Shown: positions 19,408 to 28,177 of the stretch, piece by piece
Numbering within the stretch: position 1 is the stretch's first letter
Layout of the letters: the number at the start of each line of letters is the position of its first letter
IMG/VR virus record: IMGVR_UViG_2563366895_000004
DNA: 28,177 nucleotides
Reading direction: 5' to 3' (one strand)
Source: a virus
Lineage: Duplodnaviria; Heunggongvirae; Uroviricota; Caudoviricetes
Translations under genes and position numbers: made by a program
The notes under the pieces: generated by a model
What the model saw: only the letters and a program-made list of their open reading frames with translations
Databases searched by the model: none
What the model was told of the DNA's origin: nothing

Positions 19408-19437
19408 ATTATAAGATTTTTTTAATGTTTAGCCGAA
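19408..19437 (-). promoter_or_regulatory. Sigma70-type promoter of the 591-aa gene
   Basis: Minus-strand 'TTCGGC'-18 bp-'TATAAT', then 'AGGAG' 8 nt before the ATG. Confidence 0.45.
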
Positions 19438-19660
19438 GAGTTTTTTGCATGAGTTATGACATAAGTTTAGTTCGTAGTTCTGCGATATAGTTTTCTCCTG
19501 AAAACAAAAAACATCTGGGGCATGAGGTGAGCTCCGAAAGTTGGACATCTCAACGATTATGTCAAGAGCGTCTACTGGGACGTGGTCTGTGTAAACGGTC
19601 ACTCCTAGTACAAAGCAGACAACAATGCCAGTTTTAATCTAATCCTATACAACAGAAATG

Positions 19661-20116
19661 TCATTTCACATTTGAACTAATGCACTTTAATATCGTTACT
19701 TCAAAATGCTGAACATTTCCCTGATAAAACGCCAGTATGCGTTGCATCACTTCGCTCTTCCGGCACTCGCGACAGATTATGTTTAGACGACTGTCGTAGC
19801 GACGTATTTCTCCGTCAGGTAATGACCAGATAAGGTCCGGATCAACCACAGCAGGTTTCTTCACCTTTGCCCTCGAGAGTTTTTTGCGGGCGTTTTGCCA
19901 GTCCTTACGCGCCTGTTCAGACGGGAATAACCCGTAGCCGGAGTTGTATACATCGCCACTGGCTACCAGCTCTCTGGCAAGAACGCTCATCAGATATCTA
20001 GTCGCACCTGTTTTAGCTTCCAGTTGCCGTAACGTCTCACGACCGCTCTGGCGCACGAGTTCCACCACCTGCCCTTTAATTTTTTCCCGCTCTTCTTGTG
20101 TAAAAACTTTTGCCAC
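19661..20116 (-). CDS. Hypothetical protein in the replication module (position of helicase-loader/P)
   Basis: 151-aa ORF directly downstream of the O-like gene; no Walker motif; no family recognised. Confidence 0.5.
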   Translation of the reverse strand: MAKVFTQEEREKIKGQVVELVRQSGRETLRQLEAKTGATRYLMSVLARELVASGDVYNSGYGLFPSEQARKDWQNARKKLSRAKVKKPAVVDPDLIWSLPDGEIRRYDSRLNIICRECRKSEVMQRILAFYQGNVQHFEVTILKCISSNVK

Positions 20117-20156
20117 AAGTCCCCCTTAAAATTACCTCATGACCTGAAATCAACAC

Positions 20157-21176
20157 TTATCCTCTGAAACCAGGCGGAATTTCTGTATCCGGTTCAGAAA
20201 TATGATTAACACAACGCTGTACAGGTGAACGTCCCAGGCGGATGACCAGTTCGTCCCATTTTTCGCGGAGCTTTGACGGGCTCATGATGTTTTTTACCCA
20301 GAATGGATCTCGCTGAACCCGACCAAACATTTCGCAAATTTGTCTGTGGCTTCTGCCATCCAGCATCCGCATTGTGCGCACGTCATTGGCCCAGGCAGTC
20401 CAGTTAGGCTCTTTTGGTCGCATGATCTCGCCATCATCACTGGCTGCCTGTTCGTAGAGACCCACGATCCGCCCCCAGATCCACTGCGCACACGCCAAAT
20501 CCTCCCTGCTACCCCACTGGCGTTTTTTCGCACTAAACACAACCGCGTCGGAGTTCCGGTTTAAAAAATCCTGTTCAGTCGTCTGCGGGTTCGGTTGCGA
20601 AGCTTCCGGACGAAAAGTGTTTTTATTCTCTGTAGTAATCTCTGTTGTATTCTCTGTAAGATCATCAGGCCATTTTGACCCGATGACATTGGATCGTTTT
20701 GAACCAATGGAGCGTTTCATTTTGACCTCTTCCATCGTGTCATTTTGACCTGATGGAGCGGCGCATTTTGAACCGATGGATTCGTTCAATTTGCCACCAT
20801 CTAAAAGCTCGCTCCCATAGTTGATCGTGTAGAAATTGGTCATATCGCGCTTTGATTTATTGAGCTTTTCACAACGCAAAAGCCCCAGCGTTTTCAGACT
20901 TGCAAACGCGCGCTTTAACGTTGACTCTGACCAGAATGGGAACTGTTCCAGCCATTGTTCCGTTGTGTTATAAATCCAGCGAACACCATCACATTCCATG
21001 CCGGAGTTGGTATCTCTCAACCAGTAGTGCAGTTGTTGCAAAACAATGGCTTCGTTTAAGCCAATTTTCATTGCCAGCTGCGTGTTTATAACCAGTGGGC
21101 GTTCAGCAAAAAGAAGGCTCATAATTCCATCCAGCTTTTTGTTGGTATTGCTGTCGATACGCAAGTTTGAAAGCAA
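20157..21176 (-). CDS. Phage replication initiator (O-like / replisome organiser); start may be the internal Met at 21122
   Basis: Position after the cII-like gene; internal origin iterons within the coding sequence encode the repeated peptide 'SIGSK / VIGSK'; N-terminal HTH-like region. Confidence 0.65.
   Translation of the reverse strand: MLSNLRIDSNTNKKLDGIMSLLFAERPLVINTQLAMKIGLNEAIVLQQLHYWLRDTNSGMECDGVRWIYNTTEQWLEQFPFWSESTLKRAFASLKTLGLLRCEKLNKSKRDMTNFYTINYGSELLDGGKLNESIGSKCAAPSGQNDTMEEVKMKRSIGSKRSNVIGSKWPDDLTENTTEITTENKNTFRPEASQPNPQTTEQDFLNRNSDAVVFSAKKRQWGSREDLACAQWIWGRIVGLYEQAASDDGEIMRPKEPNWTAWANDVRTMRMLDGRSHRQICEMFGRVQRDPFWVKNIMSPSKLREKWDELVIRLGRSPVQRCVNHISEPDTEIPPGFRG
20670..20800. repeat. 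Origin-like iterons (5-6 direct repeats, about 22-23 bp period) inside the O-like gene
   Basis: Repeated 'cattttga(a/c)c(c/t)gatgg' units at about 20671, 20694, 20718, 20741 and 20764, followed by 'tctctgt' repeats at 20620..20665. Confidence 0.6.
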
Positions 21177-21624
21177 TTGCTTTTTCTATAAGTTCGTCAG
21201 TTTCACGATCCACTACGGCAGGATCAGCAAAAAGCAGTCCGGACTCCACCACATCGCCATATTCTTTGTTTAACCCGGCGATCATGCACGTGATGCTTTT
21301 TCCGTCAGTAATTTCACGATACAACCTGAAATCATTAATCCGGATAGCCTCCATAATTGCAGGCACTAGCGCCGTGAACTTTTCACGCTTATCCCTGGTG
21401 TCGATAGCCTTCCAGCGTTCAAATATCTTCACTCGATTAACGCCAAGCGCTCGCTGATCAATCGCGCCACCTTCATATGTGACACGCTGAACATCGATGT
21501 TCGGGCGCTCTTTCAAAGCCCAGAATGCTTCAGTGATTAATATCGTCGCCTGCTCCTGTGTCATTCCTGGTCGACATATCCAGGCATCCAGAGCCTCACG
21601 AGCCTGTTCAGGAGTGATTTTCAT
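21103..21624 (-). CDS. YdaT-like protein (cII position)
   Basis: 173 aa; 'FERWKAIDTRDKREKFTALVPAIMEAI' resembles recalled Rac YdaT; immediately downstream of dicC. Confidence 0.5.
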   Translation of the reverse strand: MKITPEQAREALDAWICRPGMTQEQATILITEAFWALKERPNIDVQRVTYEGGAIDQRALGVNRVKIFERWKAIDTRDKREKFTALVPAIMEAIRINDFRLYREITDGKSITCMIAGLNKEYGDVVESGLLFADPAVVDRETDELIEKAIAFKLAYRQQYQQKAGWNYEPSFC

Positions 21625-21838
21625 TGTTCAACCGCCCCGCCCGCTTCGTCTTACGATATTCATCATAAACTTTGGGATCATACTGAAGCTCCCCGCCAGA
21701 TGCCTCCTGTAGACGCATCGCGCGACCTTCGGGAACTAAATCCCCTTTCCAGCTATAAAGCGAAGCCAAACGAATACCTGCTGCTTGTGCAAGTTTTGTT
21801 TTTGAACCGAAATACAAAAGAGCGTCAGTTTTAAGCAT
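21608..21838 (-). CDS. dicC: DicC (Cro-like regulator)
   Basis: 76 aa, divergent from dicA; sequence 'MLKTDALLYFGSKTKLAQAAGIRLASLYSWKGD...' matches recalled DicC. Confidence 0.85.
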   Translation of the reverse strand: MLKTDALLYFGSKTKLAQAAGIRLASLYSWKGDLVPEGRAMRLQEASGGELQYDPKVYDEYRKTKRAGRLNNENHS

Positions 21839-21853
21839 TTAAAACACCTTTAT

Positions 21854-21919
21854 TGTTAGCCATAACTAACAAGATAGATGTTAACAAAAACATAGTCAAT
21901 ACGATTTAGCATTAGCTAA
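21854..21919. promoter_or_regulatory. dicA/dicC divergent promoter-operator region
   Basis: Palindromes 'tgttagccataactaaca' (21854..21871) and 'ttagcattagctaa' (21906..21919) between the divergent genes. Confidence 0.55.
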
Positions 21920-21921
21920 CT

Positions 21922-22329
21922 ATGGAAACAAAAAATTTAACTATCGGCGAACGCATCAGGTATCGTCGGAAAAACCTCAAACACACCCAAAGGTCTCTTG
22001 CTAAAGCCCTGAAAATCTCCCATGTGTCTGTATCACAATGGGAACGGGGTGATAGTGAACCTACAGGGAAGAACCTTTTTGCCCTCAGCAAAGTATTGCA
22101 ATGCTCACCAACATGGATTCTATTTGGCGATGAAGACAAGCAACCAACACCACCTGTTGAGAAGCCAGTTGCCTTATCCCCCAAAGAACTAGAGCTCCTT
22201 GAGCTGTTTAATGCACTGCCAGAATCAGAACAGGATACCCAGCTCGCCGAAATGCGAGCTCGAGTAAAAAACTTCAATAAACTCTTTGAAGAATTACTAA
22301 AAGCCCGTCAGCGGACAAATAAAAGATAA
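21922..22329 (+). CDS. dicA: DicA HTH repressor (CI-like)
   Basis: 135 aa 'METKNLTIGERIRYRRKNLKHTQRSLAKALKISHVSVSQWERGDSEP...' with XRE-type HTH; matches recalled DicA. Confidence 0.9.
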   Translation: METKNLTIGERIRYRRKNLKHTQRSLAKALKISHVSVSQWERGDSEPTGKNLFALSKVLQCSPTWILFGDEDKQPTPPVEKPVALSPKELELLELFNALPESEQDTQLAEMRARVKNFNKLFEELLKARQRTNKR

Positions 22330-22495
22330 CATCATCAATGAGTTATCTTTTACCACATCAATTATGTTAGCTATAGCATACAAAATCACTTGACCGATAT
22401 GTTAGTCATGGCTAATCTTGTTTGCATCAACACACCGCACGGTGTTCTCAGCAAACAGTTCCGCTACCCCAGCGTTAAGGGGAAATGAGGTCAGC

Positions 22496-22651
22496 ATGGA
22501 TACTATCGATCTTGGCAACAACGAATCTCTGGTGTACGGCGTGTTTCCAAACCAGGACGGCATGTTCACCGCAATGACGTATACCAAAAGCAAAACGTTT
22601 AAAACCGAAAATGGTGCCCGTCGCTGGCTGGAAAGAAACTCAGGTGAGTGA
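22496..22651 (+). CDS. ydfA: YdfA small protein
   Basis: 51 aa from 'MDTIDLGNNESLVYGVFPNQDG...' with 'gagg' RBS; internal start of the 77-aa ORF. Confidence 0.65.
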   Translation: MDTIDLGNNESLVYGVFPNQDGMFTAMTYTKSKTFKTENGARRWLERNSGE

Positions 22652-22652
22652 T

Positions 22653-22781
22653 ATGAATTTCGACACAATCATGGAAAAGGCTTACGAAGAATACTTCGAA
22701 GGCCTTGCCGAAGGCGAAGAAGCTCTCAGCTTCAGTGAGTTTAAACAGGCGCTTTCCAGTTCGGCAAAATCTAACGGCTGA
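22653..22781 (+). CDS. ydfB: YdfB small protein
   Basis: 42-aa ORF 'MNFDTIMEKAYEEYFEGLAEGEEALSFSEFKQALSSSAKSNG' starting 1 nt after the ydfA stop; not in the ORF track (below its length cutoff). Confidence 0.6.
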   Translation: MNFDTIMEKAYEEYFEGLAEGEEALSFSEFKQALSSSAKSNG

Positions 22782-22810
22782 TAAGCGAAACAGCACCGCG
22801 AGGAATCAGT

Positions 22811-23029
22811 ATGCAGAAACGAGAACCCGTCATCATCGCGCCAGACTATACCGATGATGAACTTTATGAGTGGATGCGCCAGAAAATTAATGCAGCGCAG
22901 GATCTGAAATGGGCTAATGAAGCCAGGGCTAAGCAGGCTGAAAATCTGTCCGCTCTGGAGCAGGATATCACCAATCTGGAAAAAGCAGCGGCATTAAGCA
23001 TTGCCAGAATGATTACATACCCGCGTTAG
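22811..23029 (+). CDS. ydfC: YdfC protein
   Basis: 72-aa ORF 'MQKREPVIIAPDYTDDELYEWMRQKINAAQDLKWANEARAKQ...'; position as in Qin. Confidence 0.7.
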   Translation: MQKREPVIIAPDYTDDELYEWMRQKINAAQDLKWANEARAKQAENLSALEQDITNLEKAAALSIARMITYPR

Positions 23030-23369
23030 TAGCTAATCAACAAAGCTAAGGTTAGTAATTAAGGAGTTCTCCACGGGTGAGGTGGAGTGCGTGCGCCGGA
23101 CACGGGTGCGCATCCGGAACTGACAGTTTACTGAAAGGATATTTCCCTGAAAAGTCAGACCATAACGCGAAAGCGCACGGCGAGGTAGCTGGTTCATAGA
23201 TAGCCTGTCGTTAAATTTTCGTCGACCGTGCGCTTCCGGTTGTGGCAACCCGCGAAATGGCGCGGCGGTAAGTATGGCGGGGTTATTCCTTCCCCGTTGA
23301 GGACACCGGGTTGTCAGGTTGACCATACGCTTAAGTGACAACCCCGCTGCAACGCCCTCTGTTATCAAT

Positions 23370-23427
23370 TTTCTGGTGACGTTTGGCGGTATCAGTTTTA
23401 CTCCGTGACTGCTCTGCCGCCGTTTTT
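23370..23427 (+). ncRNA. dicF: DicF small regulatory RNA (ftsZ-targeting) with intrinsic terminator
   Basis: 'tttctggtgacgtttggcggtatcagttttactccgtgactgctctgccgcc' followed by 'gttttt' matches recalled DicF (about 53 nt). Ends are approximate. Confidence 0.8.
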
Positions 23428-23596
23428 AAAGTGAATTTTGTGATGCGGTGAATGCGGCTAAGCGCACGCGGAACAGTTAAAACCAAAAACAGTGTTATGG
23501 GTGGATTCTCTGTATCCGGCGTTAATTGTTAACTGGTTAACGTCACCTGGAGGCACCAGGCACTGCATCACAAAATTCATTGTTGAGGACGCGATA

Positions 23597-23785
23597 ATGA
23601 AAACGTTATTACCAAACGTTAATACGTCTGAAGGTTGTTTTGAAATTGGTGTCACTATCAGTAACCCTGTATTTACTGAAGATGCCATTAACAAGAGAAA
23701 ACAAGAACGGGAGCTATTAAATAAAATATGCATTGTTTCAATGCTGGCTCGTTTACGTCTGATGCCAAAAGGATGTGCACAATGA
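23597..23785 (+). CDS. dicB: DicB cell-division inhibitor
   Basis: 62 aa 'MKTLLPNVNTSEGCFEIGVTISNPVFTEDAINKRKQERELLNKICIVSMLARLRLMPKGCAQ'. Confidence 0.9.
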   Translation: MKTLLPNVNTSEGCFEIGVTISNPVFTEDAINKRKQERELLNKICIVSMLARLRLMPKGCAQ

Positions 23786-23973
23786 ATTCAGCATTTGCGC
23801 TTGTTCTGACAGTTTTTCTTGTTTCCGGAGAGCCAGTTGATATTGCAGTCAGTGTTCACAGGACAATGCAGGAGTGTATGACTGCAGCAACCGAACAGAA
23901 AATTCCCGGTAACTGTTACCCGGTCGATAAAGTTATTCACCAGGATAATATCGAAATCCCGGCAGGTCTTTAA
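23782..23973 (+). CDS. ydfD: YdfD (Qin lysis-type protein)
   Basis: 63 aa 'MNSAFALVLTVFLVSGEPVD...' with N-terminal TM segment; ATGA overlap with the dicB stop. Confidence 0.8.
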   Translation: MNSAFALVLTVFLVSGEPVDIAVSVHRTMQECMTAATEQKIPGNCYPVDKVIHQDNIEIPAGL

Positions 23974-24066
23974 AACAGTTCCGTAATAAATATCCGGTTT
24001 CATTCTTATATGCCAGCAATGGCAGGGATTTGTTCATCCTTAAATCTGTCATGAGGTTAAAACAAA

Positions 24067-26538
24067 ATGAGTAAAGTCTTTATTTGCGCCGCTATTCCTG
24101 ACGAACTGGCAACAAGGGAAGAAGGCGCTGTGGCTGTAGCCACAGTCATTGAAGCTGGCGACGAACGCCGTGCTCGAGCAAAATTTCACTGGCAGTTCCT
24201 AGAACATTATCCGGCTGCTCAGGACTGCGCTTATAAATTTATTGTCTGCGAGGATAAACCTGGCATACCCCGCCCTGCCCTCGATTCATGGGATGCTGAA
24301 TATATGCAGGAAAACCGCTGGGATGAGGAGTCTGCTTCTTTTGTCCCGGTTGAGACTGAATCCGATCCGATGAACGTCACTTTTGACAAGCTGGCCCCTG
24401 AAGTACAGAACGCTGTCATGGTTAAGTTCGACACATGTGAAAACATCACCGTTGATATGGTTATTAGCGCACAGGAATTGTTGCAGGAAGACATGGCAAC
24501 ATTCGACGGACATATCGTTGAAGCGTTGATGAAAATGCCAGAAGTTAACGCCATGTATCCGGAGCTTAAGTTGCACGCCATTGGGTGGGTTAAGCATAAA
24601 TGTATTCCTGGTGCTAAATGGCCCGAAATTCAGGCAGAGATGCGCATCTGGAAAAAACGTCGCGAAGGTGAACGCAAGGAAACCGGAAAATACACGTCTG
24701 TTGTTGATCTCGCCCGCGCCAGAGCCAATCAACAGTACACTGAAAATTCAACAGGAAAAATCAGCCCGGTCATTGCTGCCATTCATCGCGAATACAAGCA
24801 GACATGGAAAACACTGGATGACGAACTGGCCTACGCTCTCTGGCCTGGTGATGTGGATGCCGGAAACATTGACGGCAGCATCCATCGCTGGGCAAAAAAA
24901 GAAGTTATCGACAACGACCGCGAAGACTGGAAGCGTATCTCGGCATCAATGCGCAAACAGCCTGATGCCCTTCGCTACGACCGCCAGACTATTTTTGGCC
25001 TTGTCCGTGAGCGTCCGATCGACATTCACAAAGATCCCATAGCACTGAACAAATATATCTGCGAATACCTGACGGCAAAGGGCGTGTTTGAGAATGAAGA
25101 AACAGACCTGGGCACTGTTGATGTTCTCCAGTCATCAGAAACACAAACTGATGCAGTGGAAACTGAGGTATCTGATATCCCAAAAAATGAAACCGCGCCG
25201 GAAGCTGAACCATCTGTAGAGCGTGAGGGGCCGTTCTATTTCCTCTTCGCAGATAAGGACGGAGAAAAATACGGTCGCGCAAACAAACTTTCTGGTCTGG
25301 ATAAGGCACTGGCTGCTGGCGCCACTGAAATCACAAAAGAAGAATATTTTGCCCGAAAAAATGGCTCATACACGGGCTTACCGCAAAATGTAGATACCGC
25401 TGAAGATTCAGAACAACCAGAGCCGATAAAAGTTACCGCTGACGAAGTAAACAAAATTATGCAGGCAGCCAATATCAGCCAGCCTGACGCCGATAAGTTG
25501 CTTGCTGCATCACGTGGTGAATTTGTTGAAGGGATTAGTGACCCGAATGATCCGAAATGGGTTAAGGGGATCCAGACCCGCGATTCTGTGAACCAGAACC
25601 AGCATGAATCGGAACGGAACTACCAAAAAGCGGAACAAAACAGCACAAATGCGTTACAAAACGAGCCAGAAACGAAACAGCCTGAACCAGTGGCGCAACA
25701 GGAAGTGGAAAAAGTCTGCACCGCCTGCGGTCAGACCGGCGGCGGCAACTGCCCTGATTGTGGCGCGGTGATGGGCGACGCAACATACCAAGAAACATTC
25801 GATGAAGAGTATCAGGTTGAAGTTCAGGAAGATGATCCGGAGGAAATGGAAGGCGCTGAACATCCACACAAGGAGAACACTGGCGGCAATCAGCATCACA
25901 ATAGCGATAATGAAACTGGCGAGACGGCAGATCACTCAATTAAGGTGAACGGTCATCACGAAATCACATCCACCAGCAGGACGTGTGACCATCTAATGAT
26001 CGACCTTGAAACCATGGGAAAAAATCCTGATGCCCCGATCATCTCAATAGGTGCAATATTTTTCGATCCGCAAACCGGAGATATGGGACCGGAATTTAGT
26101 AAGACTATCGATCTGGAAACTGCTGGCGGAGTCATTGATCGGGACACCATTAAATGGTGGCTTAAGCAATCACGCGAAGCGCAATCTGCCATTATGACCG
26201 ATGAAATCCCGTTAGATGATGCACTGTTACAATTACGGGAATTTATCGACGAAAACTCCGGTGAATTTTTTGTTCAGGTTTGGGGAAATGGAGCCAACTT
26301 CGACAACACGATTTTGCGCCGTTCATACGAACGGCAGGGGATCCCCTGCCCGTGGCGTTACTACAACGATCGCGATGTACGCACAATCGTTGAGCTGGGG
26401 AAAGCCATAGACTTCGATGCCAGAACGGCTATTCCATTCGAAGGTGAGCGCCATAATGCACTTGATGACGCCCGTTACCAGGCAAAATACGTTTCAGTTA
26501 TCTGGCAAAAACTGATCCCGAGTCAGGCTGATTCTTAA
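24067..26538 (+). CDS. ydfE: Exonuclease-VIII-like protein with C-terminal DEDDh 3'-5' exonuclease domain (apparently intact ydfE)
   Basis: 823 aa; C-terminal motifs 'LMIDLETMG', '[12 protein letters not shown]', '[13 protein letters not shown]' (Exo I/II/III); central C-x2-C...C-x2-C '[16 protein letters not shown]'. Position between dicB/ydfD and xis/int. Confidence 0.75.
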   Translation: MSKVFICAAIPDELATREEGAVAVATVIEAGDERRARAKFHWQFLEHYPAAQDCAYKFIVCEDKPGIPRPALDSWDAEYMQENRWDEESASFVPVETESDPMNVTFDKLAPEVQNAVMVKFDTCENITVDMVISAQELLQEDMATFDGHIVEALMKMPEVNAMYPELKLHAIGWVKHKCIPGAKWPEIQAEMRIWKKRREGERKETGKYTSVVDLARARANQQYTENSTGKISPVIAAIHREYKQTWKTLDDELAYALWPGDVDAGNIDGSIHRWAKKEVIDNDREDWKRISASMRKQPDALRYDRQTIFGLVRERPIDIHKDPIALNKYICEYLTAKGVFENEETDLGTVDVLQSSETQTDAVETEVSDIPKNETAPEAEPSVEREGPFYFLFADKDGEKYGRANKLSGLDKALAAGATEITKEEYFARKNGSYTGLPQNVDTAEDSEQPEPIKVTADEVNKIMQAANISQPDADKLLAASRGEFVEGISDPNDPKWVKGIQTRDSVNQNQHESERNYQKAEQNSTNALQNEPETKQPEPVAQQEVEKVCTACGQTGGGNCPDCGAVMGDATYQETFDEEYQVEVQEDDPEEMEGAEHPHKENTGGNQHHNSDNETGETADHSIKVNGHHEITSTSRTCDHLMIDLETMGKNPDAPIISIGAIFFDPQTGDMGPEFSKTIDLETAGGVIDRDTIKWWLKQSREAQSAIMTDEIPLDDALLQLREFIDENSGEFFVQVWGNGANFDNTILRRSYERQGIPCPWRYYNDRDVRTIVELGKAIDFDARTAIPFEGERHNALDDARYQAKYVSVIWQKLIPSQADS

Positions 26539-26610
26539 TGTTCAACTGTCGCCGGTTGTGACTGGTATTCTGCAACCGGCGCTCGTCTGATGTAAGAGAT
26601 AAAGAAATCG

Positions 26611-26862
26611 ATGAGCGAAGTAATCATGATTGTCTCTCCCGGCAAATGGGTATCCGAAGAGCAGTTAATTGCGCTGAAAGGAATAAAAAAAGGTACGTTA
26701 AAAAAGGCCCGGGAAAAATCGTTTATGGAAGGAAGGGAATATAAGCATGTCGCTCATGACGGTATGCCATGGGATAACAGTCCATGCTTTTACAACCTGG
26801 AAGAAATTGATCGCTGGATTGAGCGCCAGGCATCAGCAAGACCAAGACGTCATCTTACTTGA
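26611..26862 (+). CDS. Excisionase-like protein
   Basis: 83-aa ORF immediately upstream of the integrase, 'MIVSPGKWVSEEQLIALKGIKKGTLKKAREKSFMEGREYKHVA...'; resembles putative excisionases of enterobacterial prophages (memory). Confidence 0.6.
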   Translation: MSEVIMIVSPGKWVSEEQLIALKGIKKGTLKKAREKSFMEGREYKHVAHDGMPWDNSPCFYNLEEIDRWIERQASARPRRHLT

Positions 26863-26881
26863 CTAAAAGCCACACTAACTA

Positions 26882-28177
26882 ATGAGAGAAGTTGAAATGA
26901 AATATCCGACAGGCGTGGAAAACCATGGAGGGAAATTACGTATCTGGTTTGTTTATAAAGGCGTAAGAGTCAGGGAAAACCTGGGGGTTCCTGACACAGC
27001 AAAAAACAGGCGCGTTGCAGGTGAGCTACGCGCCTCTGTTTGTTACGCAATAAAAACTGGTGTTTTCGACTATGCAAAACAGTTTCCCTCCTCACGCAAT
27101 CTGGAAAAATTTGGTGAGACTCGACAAGATTTAACCATAAAAGAACTGGCTGAAAAATTTCTGGCACTGAAAGAAACTGAAGTCGCAAAAACATCACTCA
27201 ACACATACCGTGCCGTCATCAAAAATATCCTGAGCATAATCGGTGAAAAAAATCTTGCCTCATCGATTAATAAAGAAAAATTACTGGAGGTTCGTAAAGA
27301 GCTACTGACTGGATACCAGATCCCCAAAAGTAACTATATTGTTACACAACCAGGGAGATCGGCTGTAACTGTAAATAATTACATGACAAATCTTAACGCC
27401 GTGTTCCAGTTTGGTGTTGATAACGGTTACCTGGCAGATAACCCGTTTAAGGGGATCTCGCCATTAAAGGAATCAAGAACCATTCCGGATCCTCTTTCGC
27501 GGGAGGAATTCATCCGTCTTATCGATGCGTGCAGAAATCAGCAAGCCAAAAATTTATGGTGTGTTTCTGTTTATACTGGCGTTCGCCCTGGTGAGCTGTG
27601 TGCACTTGGATGGGAGGACATAGATCTGAAAAATGGAACAATGATGATCAGGAGAAATTTAGCAAAAGACCGTTTCACGGTACCAAAAACACAGGCGGGA
27701 ACCAATCGGGTCATTCATCTTATTAAGCCAGCAATCGACGCTCTCCGGAGTCAGATGACATTAACGAGACTGAGCAAAGAGCATATCATTGATGTTCACC
27801 TCAGAGAGTATGGCAGAACAGAAAAACATAAATGCACCTTTGTTTTTCAACCTGAAGTGTCAGCGAGAGTAAAAAATTATGGTGACCATTTTACCGTTGA
27901 CTCAATAAGGCAGATGTGGGACGCAGCGATAAAACGTGCCGGACTCCGCCATCGAAAATCATATCAGTCGAGACATACTTATGCCTGCTGGTCGCTGACA
28001 GCTGGTGCTAATCCGGCATTTATAGCAAACCAGATGGGCCATGCAGACGCGCAAATGGTATTTCAGGTATACGGAAAATGGATGTCTGAAAACAATAATG
28101 CACAGGTAGCTTTGTTAAATACACAGTTAAGCGAGTTTGCCCCAACCATGCCCCATAACGAAGCAATGAAAAATTAA
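26882..28177 (+). CDS. intQ: Tyrosine integrase, full length (start may be 26897 'MKYPTG')
   Basis: 431-aa ORF ending at the last base of the window; box I 'TGVRPGELCAL', 'HRKSYQSRHTYA' (HxxR), and C-terminal 'GHADAQMVFQVYGKW' with catalytic Tyr. Confidence 0.85.
   Translation: MREVEMKYPTGVENHGGKLRIWFVYKGVRVRENLGVPDTAKNRRVAGELRASVCYAIKTGVFDYAKQFPSSRNLEKFGETRQDLTIKELAEKFLALKETEVAKTSLNTYRAVIKNILSIIGEKNLASSINKEKLLEVRKELLTGYQIPKSNYIVTQPGRSAVTVNNYMTNLNAVFQFGVDNGYLADNPFKGISPLKESRTIPDPLSREEFIRLIDACRNQQAKNLWCVSVYTGVRPGELCALGWEDIDLKNGTMMIRRNLAKDRFTVPKTQAGTNRVIHLIKPAIDALRSQMTLTRLSKEHIIDVHLREYGRTEKHKCTFVFQPEVSARVKNYGDHFTVDSIRQMWDAAIKRAGLRHRKSYQSRHTYACWSLTAGANPAFIANQMGHADAQMVFQVYGKWMSENNNAQVALLNTQLSEFAPTMPHNEAMKN

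Noticed and set aside
20294-21712. ORFs 20294..20542, 20340..20564, 20900..21091, 21046..21273, 21167..21457, 21497..21712
   Set aside because: Alternative-frame or antisense ORFs within the O-like and YdaT-like genes.
21912-22277. 121-aa minus-strand ORF
   Set aside because: Entirely antisense to the well-supported dicA gene.
23033-23368. 111-aa minus-strand ORF between ydfC and dicF
   Set aside because: It is antisense to the dicA-operon transcript in the DicF precursor region and lacks an RBS. Known Qin organisation (memory) has no gene here.
24231-26410. Multiple ORFs on both strands inside 24067..26538
   Set aside because: They are nested within or antisense to the 823-aa exonuclease-like gene, which has clear catalytic motifs.

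Overview
The window reads as an Escherichia/Shigella-type chromosome carrying a defective Qin-like lambdoid prophage, which occupies about 1285 to the window end. All identifications below come from reading the sequence and from recalled protein families; no database search was run.

Layout, left to right:
- 1..1284 (-): an N-terminally truncated MFS transporter (ydfJ-like); the prophage junction is at about 1285.
- 1285..3196: roughly 1.9 kb of AT-rich DNA holding three diverged, same-orientation remnants of the 3' end of a tail-fibre-assembly (tfa) gene, plus one strong plus-strand terminator.
- 3197..6778 (-): a 1193-aa in-frame fusion of a terminase large-subunit N-terminus to a side tail fibre. 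This is a deletion scar that removed the head and tail genes.
- 6787..9439 (-): terminase small subunit, then small morons (Gns-like, CspA-family cold-shock, two unknowns).
- 9803..11358 (-): a complete lysis cassette (pinholin, ydfR, SAR-type endolysin, Rz with embedded Rz1).
- 11549..14345: three cargo genes between the holin and Q, the position where Stx phages carry stx: an AT-rich AraC-family regulator, a DUF523/DUF1722 protein and a Blc-like lipocalin lipoprotein.
- 14374..16915 (-): candidate late promoter and terminator, a short Q antiterminator, ydfU, rem and hokD. No relBE is present.
- 17594..19369 (-): an AT-rich 591-aa gene with its own promoter and terminator, resembling abortive-infection (AIPR-like) defence proteins. 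This is the best candidate for an undescribed or unvalidated system.
- 19661..21624 (-): an unknown 151-aa protein, an O-like replication initiator with origin iterons inside its coding sequence, and a YdaT-like protein.
- 21608..28177: the dicC/dicA immunity switch, ydfA, ydfB, ydfC, DicF sRNA, dicB, ydfD, an apparently intact 823-aa exonuclease-like ydfE, an excisionase-like gene and a full-length tyrosine integrase ending at the last base.

No rRNA, tRNA, CRISPR array or IS element was recognised.
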